A stretch of 32,000 bases of DNA from an uncultured bacterium. Its GTDB lineage: Bacteria; Patescibacteriota; Gracilibacteria; UBA1369; PNNO01. The notes under the pieces are model-generated. The model searched no databases. It was not told where the DNA came from and saw only the letters and a list, made by a program, of their open reading frames with translations. The stretch lies in assembly GCA_963704705.1 (NCBI GenBank), contig OY969931.1, forward strand, positions 60,001 through 92,000, written 5' to 3'. The position numbers were made by a program, and so were the translations under genes. Positions 8,442-18,246 of this stretch are shown here, piece after piece (within the stretch, counting starts at the first letter, position 1; every line of letters begins with the position of its first letter).

Positions 8442-9866
8442 TTAAAAAATTAAAATAAGCAGCAAAGGAATAATAGCAAATCCTGCGATATATTTTAGAA
8501 TATTCCCTCGCCTCATTTTAATAACATGGGTTGATAAATATTTTGTAGTTTTGTATATAAGTGTGCATCCATAATTTCCAAAAATAAAAATTACCCCAAC
8601 AGCTGCAATCATCGAAAGTACAACACCTCCCGCAATTGCATAAGGCTGAGAATTTGCGAATGAAGCGAATAAAACATCAATAAAAGTTGCAACCGAGGTC
8701 CCTATCAAATAAGGAATTGCCTGTTTTAATTTTACTATTTGGGCAACCGCAAGCGGAACCATAATCGTTGTTAATAATGATGCACTTGGAATTATTATTG
8801 TAAGTCCAAGCCCGATTCCAAATGCTTTCCAGTGATTTCCCAAGAATTTTTCCATAATCGCACGGGCGTGTTTTCGGCCTCCCAAAAACACAAATACACT
8901 TTTTCCAACCCTTCCCAAACTAAAGATCAAAAGCCCTATACCAACAAGTATTCCAAGAGGGATCGGCCATAAATCAAACCGCACTAAACTAAGTAAAGGT
9001 GCCGTGATCACTGATAATAGATCAGGAATTTCTCTGAATGCCGGAAAATTCGTAGCCCATCTCGCAATAACCTCTCCTGAATTCGTAAAAAATCCGGTTG
9101 GAATTTCAATTAATAAAACTATTATCGTTAAAAATATTGAATAAACAATATTGGCAAGTCCCAGCTCAAAACCCCTTCTTAACTGCCAGTGGTCTTTTGT
9201 TTTTATTACCAATGAAGCAAGCACAGGGGTTAATGGGTTTCCAAGTGAAATTCCAAGAAGTATATAAAATCCTATATCAAATGACATAATTTTTGCGCCC
9301 ACCAAAGAATTTGCGAGAATAGCTATTACAGAGCCGGATTGAACTATGACGGTTGTTAGCCAGCCAGCACCAAACGCACTAACATCATTATTAACCGTAT
9401 ATGTAATTGCTTCAATAGTGCCCGAGCTTAAAGCCAATGCAACTTCTTTTATTATAATTACCGATAAAATAAACAAATATAGAACCCCTACCAATTCCAA
9501 AAAATTGATAATTTTTCTTCTTGTTGAATAAACCCGTGCTTTTACTGAAATTAATTCATTTCTTGCTTTCGCAATTTCCGCAGCGGTTGCTTTTTCAACA
9601 TTTTTATTGGCTTTTTCCGCTTCTTTGTTGATTTTTACCTGTTTATTTGTAAATATTTTCCATACTTTTTTGGCTTCTTTTTCAATCTCTTTAAGTGCCT
9701 CATCTTTTTTTTCTTCTACTTCTTTAAGCTTATTAACTTTTTTATTTTCGATTTTGTTTTTTGTTTTTTCCAATACAGACTTGGCTCTAGCAGTAACCTT
9801 TGCCAATTCTTCTTTCTTTTCAGCAAGCTCTTCTACTAATTCTTTTTTAGTTTTTTTATTATTCAT
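8442..9866 (-). CDS. Na/Pi-cotransporter (PNaS/SLC34-like) family membrane protein with N-terminal coiled-coil
   Basis: 474 aa; ~115 charged Lys/Glu-rich residues, then multiple TM segments with 'GAGWLTTVIVQSGSVIAILANSLVGAK' and 'SASLLTTIMVPLAVAQ...IPYLIGTSVATFIDVLFAS', resembling the QS/TS repeats of this family. Confidence 0.7.
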   Translation of the reverse strand: MNNKKTKKELVEELAEKKEELAKVTARAKSVLEKTKNKIENKKVNKLKEVEEKKDEALKEIEKEAKKVWKIFTNKQVKINKEAEKANKNVEKATAAEIAKARNELISVKARVYSTRRKIINFLELVGVLYLFILSVIIIKEVALALSSGTIEAITYTVNNDVSAFGAGWLTTVIVQSGSVIAILANSLVGAKIMSFDIGFYILLGISLGNPLTPVLASLVIKTKDHWQLRRGFELGLANIVYSIFLTIIVLLIEIPTGFFTNSGEVIARWATNFPAFREIPDLLSVITAPLLSLVRFDLWPIPLGILVGIGLLIFSLGRVGKSVFVFLGGRKHARAIMEKFLGNHWKAFGIGLGLTIIIPSASLLTTIMVPLAVAQIVKLKQAIPYLIGTSVATFIDVLFASFANSQPYAIAGGVVLSMIAAVGVIFIFGNYGCTLIYKTTKYLSTHVIKMRRGNILKYIAGFAIIPLLLILIF

Positions 9867-9868
9867 GA

Positions 9869-10273
9869 TTACGCGGCATTTTTATCAGACTGCAACATTC
9901 CAAAGGTATTTCCTTCTGTATCCTGGACAACAGCATTCCATCCAATCCCTTTTATCGGCATTTTAGGCATTAAAACAGTACCTCCAAGCTCTTCAAGTTT
10001 TGCCAGATATTTATCAATATCCTCAACTGAAATATAATTTATTATTCCTGTGCTTGGATTTTCCTGCTTCATCATACCGCCATTTATACCCCGCCCCTTA
10101 ACCATATTGTTTTCATCAACAGGCAAAGTATAAACCATTCTGTAATCTTCAAATCCAGGAGCAGATTTTATGTCCCATCCAAATAATTGTTTATAAAAAT
10201 TAGTCGCCCTTTCCATATCACTTGCGGGAATCTCGAAGTGAACGGGCGAATGTAAGGGTTCTTGAGGATTCAT
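9869..10273 (-). CDS. VOC-superfamily (glyoxalase/bleomycin-resistance-like) protein
   Basis: 'SPVHFEIPASDMERATNFYKQLFGWDI...YISVEDIDKYLAKLEELGGTVLMPKMPIKGIGWNAVVQDTEGNTFGMLQ' is a typical VOC pattern. ORF track extends to 10327; the likely start is the internal ATG at 10273. Confidence 0.85.
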   Translation of the reverse strand: MNPQEPLHSPVHFEIPASDMERATNFYKQLFGWDIKSAPGFEDYRMVYTLPVDENNMVKGRGINGGMMKQENPSTGIINYISVEDIDKYLAKLEELGGTVLMPKMPIKGIGWNAVVQDTEGNTFGMLQSDKNAA

Positions 10274-10361
10274 AGTAATTGAATTAAGTTCGATTATTAT
10301 CTTAGCTTTTTTGTGGATTTTTCTCAATAAACAAAAAAGAGCTCGCTTTCACTCGCTCTGG

Positions 10362-10454
10362 TGGCGGAGAGGGGGGGATTCGAACCCCCGCGGCAACATA
10401 AGTCACCCTACAAGATTAGCAATCCCGCCTCTTCAGCCACTTGAGTACCTCTCC
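10362..10454 (-). tRNA. tRNA-Ser (anticodon GCU), with encoded CCA
   Basis: Reverse strand reads GGAGAGG-TACTCAAGTGGCTGAAGAGGCGGGATTGCTAATCTTGTAGGG...GGGGGTTCGAATCCCCC-CCTCTCC-G-CCA: 7-bp acceptor stem, TTCGAAT T-loop, attGCTaatc anticodon loop, long variable arm (class II). Confidence 0.95.
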
Positions 10455-10521
10455 GCGATAATCAAAATGGATTGCATAAAGAAGTCTACTTATAGAAGGG
10501 ATAATTGTAAAGATTAAGCTT

Positions 10522-10869
10522 CTAAAAAGTGCTTAAGCGGCTAATAACATCATTACATAGACTTGAAAGTTCACTTTCATGAACAGCAAAGCAGCTACTA
10601 AAAGTTTTAATTTGAATAATTAATTGTTGAAAAAATACTGCAAATTTAGTTTTGTCTGTTTTTTCTTCAAACATTGAGTCTAATACATCAAGTGAATTAA
10701 CTAACTTACGGGCAAGTTCAACGTTCTTGTTGGCAAGCCGTGGACAAATTGTATTTAAATCCTTAATTATTTTAGCAACTTTTTCAATGTCAGTTTCGCT
10801 GAGCGATCCATTCTCTGTCGGCACTTGAGCTAGTTCTGTTGCAAATTCAGCTGATCTTCCTGTAAACAT
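10522..10869 (-). CDS. Hypothetical protein
   Basis: 115 aa ORF with sensible amino-acid composition; no recognised family. Confidence 0.5.
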   Translation of the reverse strand: MFTGRSAEFATELAQVPTENGSLSETDIEKVAKIIKDLNTICPRLANKNVELARKLVNSLDVLDSMFEEKTDKTKFAVFFQQLIIQIKTFSSCFAVHESELSSLCNDVISRLSTF

Positions 10870-10934
10870 ATATCATATCAAATTATAGAAATCTAATTAT
10901 GACAAAAGGATGACAATTTGTCAATGAGTAAATT

Positions 10935-12116
10935 TTAAAATCTTTTCATGTAGTCCCCAATATGATTGCAGGCTTTTTCAAGTACATTTTCATTTGGAAG
11001 CAAAACTATTCTAAAATGTCTGGGGCACCCGAATCCGCTTCCGTGCACTGTAACAACTCCTGTTTGTTCAATTAAACCTTCAACCCATTTTTTATCATCA
11101 ACGTTCCGTTCAATTTTAGGAAAGGCATAGAACGCGCCTTTTGGACTTACGCAGCTTATGCCATCAATTCCATTAAGTATGTCCATACTTATGTTGCGTC
11201 TTTTTTCAAGCTTATCAATGGCTTCTTTTATATGATCCTGAGGCCCTTCCAAAGCTGGTTTTATTGCAAACTGCATAGGATGATTTGAACATAAACGCGC
11301 ACGCGTAAATTTATTTATTGCATTTGTGTAATCTTCACAAATTTCATTTGGACCACTAACTATTGCCCATCCGATGCGCCAACCCGGAGCCATATAATTT
11401 TTTGAAATCCCATTAAAAGTTACAAAACAAATATCGTCGGCTAATGAAGCTATCGAGATATGCTCAGCACCATCAAATAAAAGACGATCATAAATTTCAT
11501 CGCTGTAAATAACCAAATTGTGTTTTCGGGCCACTTCAATAATTTGCATCAAAGTTTCGCGGCTGCAAACCGAACCAGTTGGATTATTTGGATTAATCAA
11601 AACAATACCTTTTGTACGATCGTTGATTTTTGATTCCATGTCAGCAACATTTGGCTGCCAGTCATTTTCTTCGTCAAGTTTATATTTTATTTCTTTTCCT
11701 TCCAACTTGTTTATAATAGCTTCGTATAAAGGGTATCCTGGCGAAGGTGTTAATATATTATCACCGGGATTTAAAATTGAAGTCAGGCAAATTTCAATTG
11801 CTTCGCTTCCTCCATTTGTTATCACGACATCCTGAATATTTTTAATACCCTGACTTTCAGCACGCCTTTTAATTGCATCTAAAGCTTCATCGATTCCACT
11901 TGAATCTGAGTAACCGTTAAAACCTTCGTTCATGGCTTTACTCACTGCTTCTATCATGTGCATAGGAGTTTTAAAATCGTATTTTAGAGGGTCGCCAATG
12001 TTTAACCACATCATTTCTTTGCCCAAAGCAGCAGTTTTTTTTGCCAGCACAACAATATCCCGAACAGCGTAAGTTACGTTTTCGGTTCTGTGTGAAGGGA
12101 TTATTTTAGAAGGCAT
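10935..12116 (-). CDS. PLP-dependent class I/II aminotransferase (alanine aminotransferase-like)
   Basis: 393 aa; 'GDPLKYDFKTP', 'VVITNGGSEAIEICL', 'GYPLYEAII', 'LINPNNPTGSV', 'IYSDEIYDRL', 'FNGISKNYMAPGWRIGW' (PLP-lysine region). Confidence 0.9.
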   Translation of the reverse strand: MPSKIIPSHRTENVTYAVRDIVVLAKKTAALGKEMMWLNIGDPLKYDFKTPMHMIEAVSKAMNEGFNGYSDSSGIDEALDAIKRRAESQGIKNIQDVVITNGGSEAIEICLTSILNPGDNILTPSPGYPLYEAIINKLEGKEIKYKLDEENDWQPNVADMESKINDRTKGIVLINPNNPTGSVCSRETLMQIIEVARKHNLVIYSDEIYDRLLFDGAEHISIASLADDICFVTFNGISKNYMAPGWRIGWAIVSGPNEICEDYTNAINKFTRARLCSNHPMQFAIKPALEGPQDHIKEAIDKLEKRRNISMDILNGIDGISCVSPKGAFYAFPKIERNVDDKKWVEGLIEQTGVVTVHGSGFGCPRHFRIVLLPNENVLEKACNHIGDYMKRF

Positions 12117-12166
12117 AAAATTCAGGTTATTATACTAACCCAAATATACCAAATTAAATTTTAATA

Positions 12167-12412
12167 CTAAAGCTCAGGTATTTTTTTAACCTTTCTGCCC
12201 TTAAGTATAACCTCGGCTTCTTGCCTTGTACGTCTTAATTCTGCAATCAATTTATCATGTCGGGGGTTATCATGCAGGGTTTTTTCAAGTGATTCTTTTT
12301 CACTTATTAATTTAAGCAATTCATTGTTACTCATCTTTCTAAATGGATGACTTCTGTCCGGGTTGATCTCTTCAAGAGGACCGTCGAATTTAGGAGTGCC
12401 TTTATCTTTCAT
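12167..12412 (-). CDS. Hypothetical protein
   Basis: 81 aa ORF; charged, helical C-terminal half; no family recognised. Confidence 0.45.
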   Translation of the reverse strand: MKDKGTPKFDGPLEEINPDRSHPFRKMSNNELLKLISEKESLEKTLHDNPRHDKLIAELRRTRQEAEVILKGRKVKKIPEL

Positions 12413-12530
12413 ATCATGAGGTTAAATACAAGGTTAGTATTTTATTGAAAAAAAACTTTAAGTCAATCTTTTTTGAATTTGACTTTACTAATCCAGCTTA
12501 TATAAAATCAAAACTCTAACTAAATAAATT

Positions 12531-13313
12531 ATGGAAAAATCAGGGGATGAGATCTATGATGGCCAGGTCGTTTTGGTTGCACAAGGAGACATAGAGAAAA
12601 GTGACGCCAGATATTATCATCGAGGAATTGCGATTACAGAAGTATATAAGACTTTAAATCGCTCAAAAGATTTACTTAGAATTGAGCAACTGGGCTTAAG
12701 TCCTGAGCTTGTCCAAGGATTATTTCCTAAACTCGACAAACAAATCAAGGCTCTAAAACACGAGCTTGGAGAAGAGGTCGTTGATATTCTTTTAAAAGGC
12801 AGACTTAAAGTCTTGGTTTTACTGGATTCGCCTGCTGGAATAATTGCCAGTTCTGATCATCGCAAGGAATTGCTTAAAATGATTCAAAGAAGAGAAGGAG
12901 CCAAAGGAAGTGTTGATGCTTATTTAAAGTATGCTTCCGGAGGTGCAGCTGAAATATTTTTACAATCGGATGAAAGAATAATTACGCCTGATTCTTTGCT
13001 TTGCCCATCTTTTTATACCAAGGGAGACGAAGAATTTAATGAGTCAAGAAATTTTGATTTAAGCCTTGCTATGACAGCAAAAGCTCCCAGCAACATTCGT
13101 GGTGATTTGGAGACAAGAATAAAAGAAATTCTTGAAAACAAATACGGCGGTGATTCAATGCTTTTTGATGCGCAAGAAATGATGCATTTTGGTCTTGCAA
13201 CAAAGACCGTGGATTCATTAAGAGAAGAGTTTGTGAAAAGAAGTGGAATTACATTGCTTCCTGACAAATTATCAGGTGAGTTTGAACAGAAGGTTAATCA
13301 GTTTTTTCGATAA
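12531..13313 (+). CDS. Putative ClpP/crotonase-superfamily-like protein (divergent)
   Basis: 260 aa; 'LKVLVLLDSPAGIIASSDHRKELLKMIQ' followed by 'YASGGAAEIFLQSDERIITPDSLLCPS' and 'DAQEMMHFGLATKTVDSLREEF' mirrors the order of ClpP 'INSPGG', 'ASMGAFLLAAG...ALPNS' and 'TAEEALEYGLID'. Confidence 0.5.
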   Translation: MEKSGDEIYDGQVVLVAQGDIEKSDARYYHRGIAITEVYKTLNRSKDLLRIEQLGLSPELVQGLFPKLDKQIKALKHELGEEVVDILLKGRLKVLVLLDSPAGIIASSDHRKELLKMIQRREGAKGSVDAYLKYASGGAAEIFLQSDERIITPDSLLCPSFYTKGDEEFNESRNFDLSLAMTAKAPSNIRGDLETRIKEILENKYGGDSMLFDAQEMMHFGLATKTVDSLREEFVKRSGITLLPDKLSGEFEQKVNQFFR

Positions 13314-13989
13314 GCTCTTTATAAGTAAATGGCTTTAATACTTCAGAAACATTCCTATCAACACCCCTAGTTGTAATAAGTTTTGAAACAGTGTGAGCTG
13401 TCAAATTGTCGCCTTTATATGGGACTAATTCTACATCGCCTTCAAGCCAGATTCTTTCATTTTGAGTAGTCAAAATAACTGGCATTCGTTTTTTTGTATT
13501 GTGGATTTTTGCTAAAAGTTCATTAGCTTCGCATGTAATTATAGTGAAAGTTTTTTTGATTTCACCAGTTTGAGGATTTGTCCATGGCTCCCATAAACCC
13601 GCCAAAGCAAAGGGTTCTTCATTTTTCATAAAAATATAATATGGATATTTTTTCCCATTTACATCTCGCCATTCAAAAAATCCATCTACAAGAACAAGGC
13701 AATGATTATGTTTAGCCGCATGTTTAAACGAAGGTTTACTGTAAATAGTTTCAGCTCGTGCATTGCAGGTGTGATTCTGAATATCTTCATCTTTTGCCCA
13801 TGGCGGAATAAGTCCCCAATTTGCCATTTGAATTATCGTGGAATTCTCATTTAAAATAACCGGATGATTTGGATGATTGAATGCATTGGAATAAAAAATT
13901 GTTTTAATATTTTTTGGTTCTGCGAATTTAGCATTGAATCTTTTCTCGGTTTTCTTTTGAGAAGATTTTAGGGATACCGTAAAGCACAT
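13294..13989 (-). CDS. SOS response-associated peptidase, YedK/HMCES (SRAP) family
   Basis: 231 aa; starts 'MCF' (Cys2), 'MANWGLIPPWAKDEDI...NARAETIYSKPSFKHAAKHNHCLVLVDGFFEWRDVNGKKYPYYI', 'FTIITCEANELLAKIHNTKKRMPVIL'. Confidence 0.92.
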   Translation of the reverse strand: MCFTVSLKSSQKKTEKRFNAKFAEPKNIKTIFYSNAFNHPNHPVILNENSTIIQMANWGLIPPWAKDEDIQNHTCNARAETIYSKPSFKHAAKHNHCLVLVDGFFEWRDVNGKKYPYYIFMKNEEPFALAGLWEPWTNPQTGEIKKTFTIITCEANELLAKIHNTKKRMPVILTTQNERIWLEGDVELVPYKGDNLTAHTVSKLITTRGVDRNVSEVLKPFTYKELIEKTD

Positions 13990-14053
13990 AAACTTGAAAG
14001 TAAGGTTAATTTATTATAGTATAATGACCTGAAAAAATTAACCTAAAATAATC

Positions 14054-14608
14054 ATGAAAAAATTAGTATCATTATTACTCTTTGTATTTATTTTAAGCGC
14101 TTGCGGCCCTACGGAACTTAAGGTGGGGCAGGTAATAGATTCCACTGCAAAAATAACAAGAAAGACTTACGAGCATCCGATTGATCCGCCATCCGGCTAC
14201 CAATTTGCAGCCTATGTAAGATTAAACGGCGAAGAAACTGTTTTTTATTCAAAAGATCCAATTAAATGTAGCTTGGGCCAAGATATTAAATTCAACGGAA
14301 GAGTACGCGATGCAAAAGCCATACCAGAAGGATCAGACAAACAAAAGGAAGAATTACATATTGTTTTAAACAGCTTTGAATGTACCGGGACCCCATATGA
14401 ACCTGAATCAACAGGTATTAATGTAAATGAAGTTGAAAATATATTTAAAAATAAAGTGGTTTATGGTACAGGTCTTGATGACCAGGATCCAAAACCATAT
14501 AAAGAAAACTGTGAAGCAAGAGGAGGCACTTTTAACGCGTGTGGCTCACCTTGCGACCCTGAAGCGGGAATTTGCGAAGAAGTATGTGCTTACACTTGTG
14601 ACTTCTAA
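14054..14608 (+). CDS. Putative lipoprotein with Cys-rich C-terminus
   Basis: 184 aa; signal peptide with lipobox 'MKKLVSLLLFVFILSACGP'; C-terminal 'CEARGGTFNACGSPCDPEAGICEEVCAYTCDF'. Confidence 0.75.
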   Translation: MKKLVSLLLFVFILSACGPTELKVGQVIDSTAKITRKTYEHPIDPPSGYQFAAYVRLNGEETVFYSKDPIKCSLGQDIKFNGRVRDAKAIPEGSDKQKEELHIVLNSFECTGTPYEPESTGINVNEVENIFKNKVVYGTGLDDQDPKPYKENCEARGGTFNACGSPCDPEAGICEEVCAYTCDF

Positions 14609-15162
14609 GCACAATGATAAAAACTTATACAACTTTTTAATTTAGGATCATCTTGATCCATTTGTTCAATCTGTTCCTTAAGTGAATTTAATTTTTTTGC
14701 ATCACGAGCCATGTGCAAAGGTTTATTCAGCTTCTCAAACATGTCCAGAGTTCTCTGAATGCCTAATAAACAAAGAGCTTTGAACATTTCGTTTGGGATA
14801 GACCTTTGTATATTTGTAGCTTCTGATTCAGTTAAAGGGAAAATAAAACCTTTCCCGCCATCTTGCTTATTAATATCGTGCCCGTCATCCAACCCAAATT
14901 TAAGAGATTGATTTTCTTCTTGCAAAGCTATTCTGTTAACGCAAATCGATATTTTATCAAAATACAATTTTAAATATTCAAAATAATTTATTCGTGGATC
15001 ATCTGGGCTAAGTTTTCTCTGAAGAGAAGATAGTCTGAATTCAAGCCATTTTATTGTGGCTCTTTGTAATTCAACACATTCAATTTCATTATCCCTGCCC
15101 TGTTCCATATTTATTTTATAAAGGGATGTATCTTGAATGGTTTGCCAAATTTTGTCAAGCAT
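14605..15162 (-). CDS. Hypothetical protein
   Basis: 185 aa ORF, convergent and overlapping the preceding lipoprotein gene by 4 nt; no recognised family. Confidence 0.6.
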   Translation of the reverse strand: MLDKIWQTIQDTSLYKINMEQGRDNEIECVELQRATIKWLEFRLSSLQRKLSPDDPRINYFEYLKLYFDKISICVNRIALQEENQSLKFGLDDGHDINKQDGGKGFIFPLTESEATNIQRSIPNEMFKALCLLGIQRTLDMFEKLNKPLHMARDAKKLNSLKEQIEQMDQDDPKLKSCISFYHCA

Positions 15163-15185
15163 TCTTTGGATTTATGAAAAAAGCA

Positions 15186-15992
15186 TTAAAGCTCATCTGG
15201 GGTAACCAAATCTTTATTAAGCAAAACCCCAAAATCCTCAAATGGAATATCCACATTAACGGGTCCAAGTGCATATGGCCCCACCTGATAAGGATCAAAA
15301 TTTATTGTAATTCCATTTGGACTAATCGAATAGCTTTGGAAATTTGCAGGATCAGCTCCTGCACCTTCTTCGATCCAATCACTGATAACGCCTGCATCAA
15401 CTTCCAATATTTCATATAATTTTGGTTTAACCAGTTCCGATAACACCATTGGAATATTTTGATCTCCGACAATAATATCAGTCCATTCAATTTTTTTATT
15501 ATTTTGGACATCCCAATTTACTGTTATTGAATATGTCATTGGATGCGCAGCCCCTACTGAATAAGTTTGATTCTGGAAGAGAACACTTATTATTTTAGAG
15601 TCATTTCTGATAATTCTATAATAATTTTCAAGATAACTTCGACTTATGCCCTCTGGTACCTCAAAATTTTCATCATTATATATGTCGGCAACCTGCTTTT
15701 TGAAAGCATCTACTTCGGTAATAGCAATATTTTTTAATAATTCATTTAATGTATCCTGGCCATCAAATTTTGGAAATTGAACATTGATGGAGTATTGATC
15801 TGTATCTTCGGTTATCGCACTTGTTATTGCCTGCCCATTATTAATAACGTCCGAAACAAATACATTCTCAGGATCAGGGGTCGCTGCAGTATCTTCGATT
15901 GTAACCTGCGTGTTGCTAATTTCTGTTTCAGGAACCGGCGTACATCCGATAAAAATAAATAATGCTGCGATTAATAAAATTAATTTTTTCAT
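15186..15992 (-). CDS. Lipoprotein with DUF3298/RsiV-like domain
   Basis: 268 aa; lipobox 'MKKLILLIAALFIFIGCTP'; 'SVGAAHPMTYSITVNWDVQNNKKIEWTDI...ITINFDPYQVGPYALGPVNVDIPFEDF' resembles DUF3298. Confidence 0.75.
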   Translation of the reverse strand: MKKLILLIAALFIFIGCTPVPETEISNTQVTIEDTAATPDPENVFVSDVINNGQAITSAITEDTDQYSINVQFPKFDGQDTLNELLKNIAITEVDAFKKQVADIYNDENFEVPEGISRSYLENYYRIIRNDSKIISVLFQNQTYSVGAAHPMTYSITVNWDVQNNKKIEWTDIIVGDQNIPMVLSELVKPKLYEILEVDAGVISDWIEEGAGADPANFQSYSISPNGITINFDPYQVGPYALGPVNVDIPFEDFGVLLNKDLVTPDEL

Positions 15993-16125
15993 GGCAAATT
16001 TGTTATTTTAATAATTCTATTATAGCTACACTGCAACAAAATGCGAATTTTTTCGTTATAATATAATGCGCTCACAAATTTTTTTATGGACACATTCACA
16101 TTCCAAAATTTTTGTTTTTATAAAC

Positions 16126-16153
16126 GGCATTGGCATTTTAAGTGCCAAATGCC
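16126..16153. promoter_or_regulatory. Imperfect inverted repeat (stem-loop) in intergenic region
   Basis: ggcattggca-ttttaag-tgccaaatgcc: arms complementary except for a one-nt bulge. Confidence 0.5.
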
Positions 16154-16200
16154 GCTGTAAATAATTTTAATATAGCAAGCGGCTCATAGCACTTATTTTT

Positions 16201-16221
16201 AGCTTAAATAAGCTGTTTTTT
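16201..16221 (+). terminator. Candidate Rho-independent terminator-like hairpin
   Basis: agctt-aaat-aagct followed by gtttttta; short stem. No obvious upstream + strand gene nearby. Confidence 0.35.
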
Positions 16222-16366
16222 ATATTATTTAATTTTATTTACCATGAGTAACTCAAATAGGGATAATACTCAAATCATCACAATTATAATTTTACTTTTA
16301 GAAATATTATATTCGATACTTGTTAAAATATTTGCTGCAACTAACTGAAAAACGTATAGTTACAAT

Positions 16367-17281
16367 ATGAAAATATTAGTTACCGGCGGCGCCGGATTTA
16401 TAGGTCATCATTTAATAAAACGATTGCTTGATCAGGGGCATAAAGTTATTTGTGTTGATAACCTTGTAACAGGCAAACGTAAAAATTTAAAAGGTTTTGA
16501 AATCGAATTTATTGAGCAGGATATTTGCGAACCTTTAAACCTGGAATGTGATCAGATATACAACCTCGCGTGTCCTGCATCGCCTGTACAATTTAAGAAA
16601 AACCCCTTGTTAATTAGCAAAACCTGCACTCTTGGCAGTTTAAACATACTCGAACTTGCCAAGCAAAATAAAGCCAGAATTTTGCAGGCTTCAACATCCG
16701 AAGTTTATGGAGATCCAAAAGAACATCCTCAAAAAGAAACATATTTGGGTAATGTTAATCCAACAGGCCCGCGTGCCTGTTACGATGTTGGCAAGCGCTT
16801 GGCTGAGTCAATGTTTATGGATTATCACCGCAAGCACAACCTTGATATTAGGATAGTCAGAATTTTTAATACTTATGGTCCAGGGCTTGCAAAAGATGAC
16901 GGAAGAGTTGTTTCAAATTTTATAGAACAGGCTTTAAAAGGCGAAGATTTAACTGTTTATGGCGACGGAAGTCAAACCCGCAGCTTTCAATATATCGACG
17001 ATTTAATCGAAGGGCTTATTATGATGATGAATCAGGATGATTTTATAGGGCCGGTTAATATGGGGAATCCAAATGAAATAACAATCAATGAACTGGCTGA
17101 AAAAATAATTGAACTAACCGGCTCAAAAAGCAAAATTACTTATAAAGATTTGCCTCAGGATGATCCTGCGCGCAGACAACCGGATATAACTTTGGCAAAA
17201 CAAAAACTTGGGTGGGAGCCAAAAATCAGTTTAAGCAGTGGTTTGAAAAAAACTATTCTGGAATGGCCAAAATCTGATTAG
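16367..17281 (+). CDS. NAD-dependent epimerase/SDR, UDP-glucuronate decarboxylase (UXS)-like
   Basis: 304 aa; '[16 protein letters not shown]', '[17 protein letters not shown]', '[36 protein letters not shown]' (YxxxK), '[22 protein letters not shown]'. Confidence 0.9.
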   Translation: MKILVTGGAGFIGHHLIKRLLDQGHKVICVDNLVTGKRKNLKGFEIEFIEQDICEPLNLECDQIYNLACPASPVQFKKNPLLISKTCTLGSLNILELAKQNKARILQASTSEVYGDPKEHPQKETYLGNVNPTGPRACYDVGKRLAESMFMDYHRKHNLDIRIVRIFNTYGPGLAKDDGRVVSNFIEQALKGEDLTVYGDGSQTRSFQYIDDLIEGLIMMMNQDDFIGPVNMGNPNEITINELAEKIIELTGSKSKITYKDLPQDDPARRQPDITLAKQKLGWEPKISLSSGLKKTILEWPKSD

Positions 17282-17708
17282 TCAGCTTCATCATTGTTTG
17301 AAAATCGCGTTCTGATTTGTGCTCATAGCCTAAAATATGAAGCACGCCATGAACAAATAAAAATTTTAATTCATCCAAAACTTCCATATCATTTTCTTCA
17401 GCTTGTTTTTGCGCTGTTTCAAAGGAAATAAAAATTTCACCTATCATATCTTGTTCAGGAAATTCTTCATCGCCCAAATAACTTAATGAAATTACATCAG
17501 TTGGCTTATCTATGCCCCTTTGTTCTTTGTTGATTGTGTGAATTATTTCATCATCAACAAGCGTGAGTGTGATAAAGTGCTTTTTGCGCTTATCAAATTC
17601 CTTTGGAAAAATTTCTTTAAAATCATTGGTTATCAAATCCAGTATTTTTTCGAAAACATGACCCGATAAGGGAACTATTGTGTCATTGTAATATTCAAGA
17701 TTGAGCAT
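17253..17708 (-). CDS. ybeY: Endoribonuclease YbeY (16S rRNA maturation)
   Basis: 151 aa; '[26 protein letters not shown]', '[15 protein letters not shown]' (H-x3-H-x5-H zinc motif). Confidence 0.93.
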   Translation of the reverse strand: MLNLEYYNDTIVPLSGHVFEKILDLITNDFKEIFPKEFDKRKKHFITLTLVDDEIIHTINKEQRGIDKPTDVISLSYLGDEEFPEQDMIGEIFISFETAQKQAEENDMEVLDELKFLFVHGVLHILGYEHKSERDFQTMMKLTNQILAIPE

Positions 17709-18246
17709 TGTTTTGTTGATACTTGTTTAATAATTGATATACAGCAATTCCATAGGCTGTGGCAACATTTAATGAGTTTGCGTGTCCCAACATTGGTATT
17801 GAGATTGATAAATCAGCCATTTCCATAACTTCATCTTTTATTCCCTCGATTTCATGGCCCAATACCAAAGCAACCGGAAAATCAAAATCAGTTTTAGCAT
17901 AGTGATGCGAAGGATCCGATAATTCCAAGGTTACAATCTGCACCCCTTTTTCTTTAAGTTCGCGCACAACATCAATTGCGTTTTTTCGATATTCCCATGG
18001 AACTGTCTGGTCTGCTCCAAGCGAAGTTTTTGTGATCTCGCGTCTTGGCGGCATTCCTGTCATCCCGCATAAATAAATTTTTTCAATTAATGCACCGTCG
18101 CTGGTTCTGAAAATCGCACCAACATTATATAGACTTCGAATATTGTCGAGCACAACATAAATAGGTGTTCGTTTCGATTTTTTCACTTCCTGCACGGATT
18201 TTTTTGTGAGCTGTATTTCTTCGGGAGTAAGCTTGCGATATTTCAT
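17695..18246 (-). CDS. SpoU/TrmH-family RNA 2'-O-methyltransferase
   Basis: 183 aa; 'VLDNIRSLYNVGAIFRTSDGA', 'LVLGHEIEGI', 'LSIPMLGHANSLNVATAYGIAVYQ'. Confidence 0.93.
   Translation of the reverse strand: MKYRKLTPEEIQLTKKSVQEVKKSKRTPIYVVLDNIRSLYNVGAIFRTSDGALIEKIYLCGMTGMPPRREITKTSLGADQTVPWEYRKNAIDVVRELKEKGVQIVTLELSDPSHHYAKTDFDFPVALVLGHEIEGIKDEVMEMADLSISIPMLGHANSLNVATAYGIAVYQLLNKYQQNNAQS

Noticed and set aside
6014-9966. Several 60-120 aa ORFs antisense to carB and the Na/Pi-like gene
   Set aside because: They lie entirely or mainly within long confident coding genes on the other strand and resemble no known proteins.
10311-10517. 68-aa ORF containing GGDSNPRG
   Set aside because: It overlaps tRNA-Ser on the opposite strand; this peptide pattern is a common translation artefact of tRNA 3' ends.
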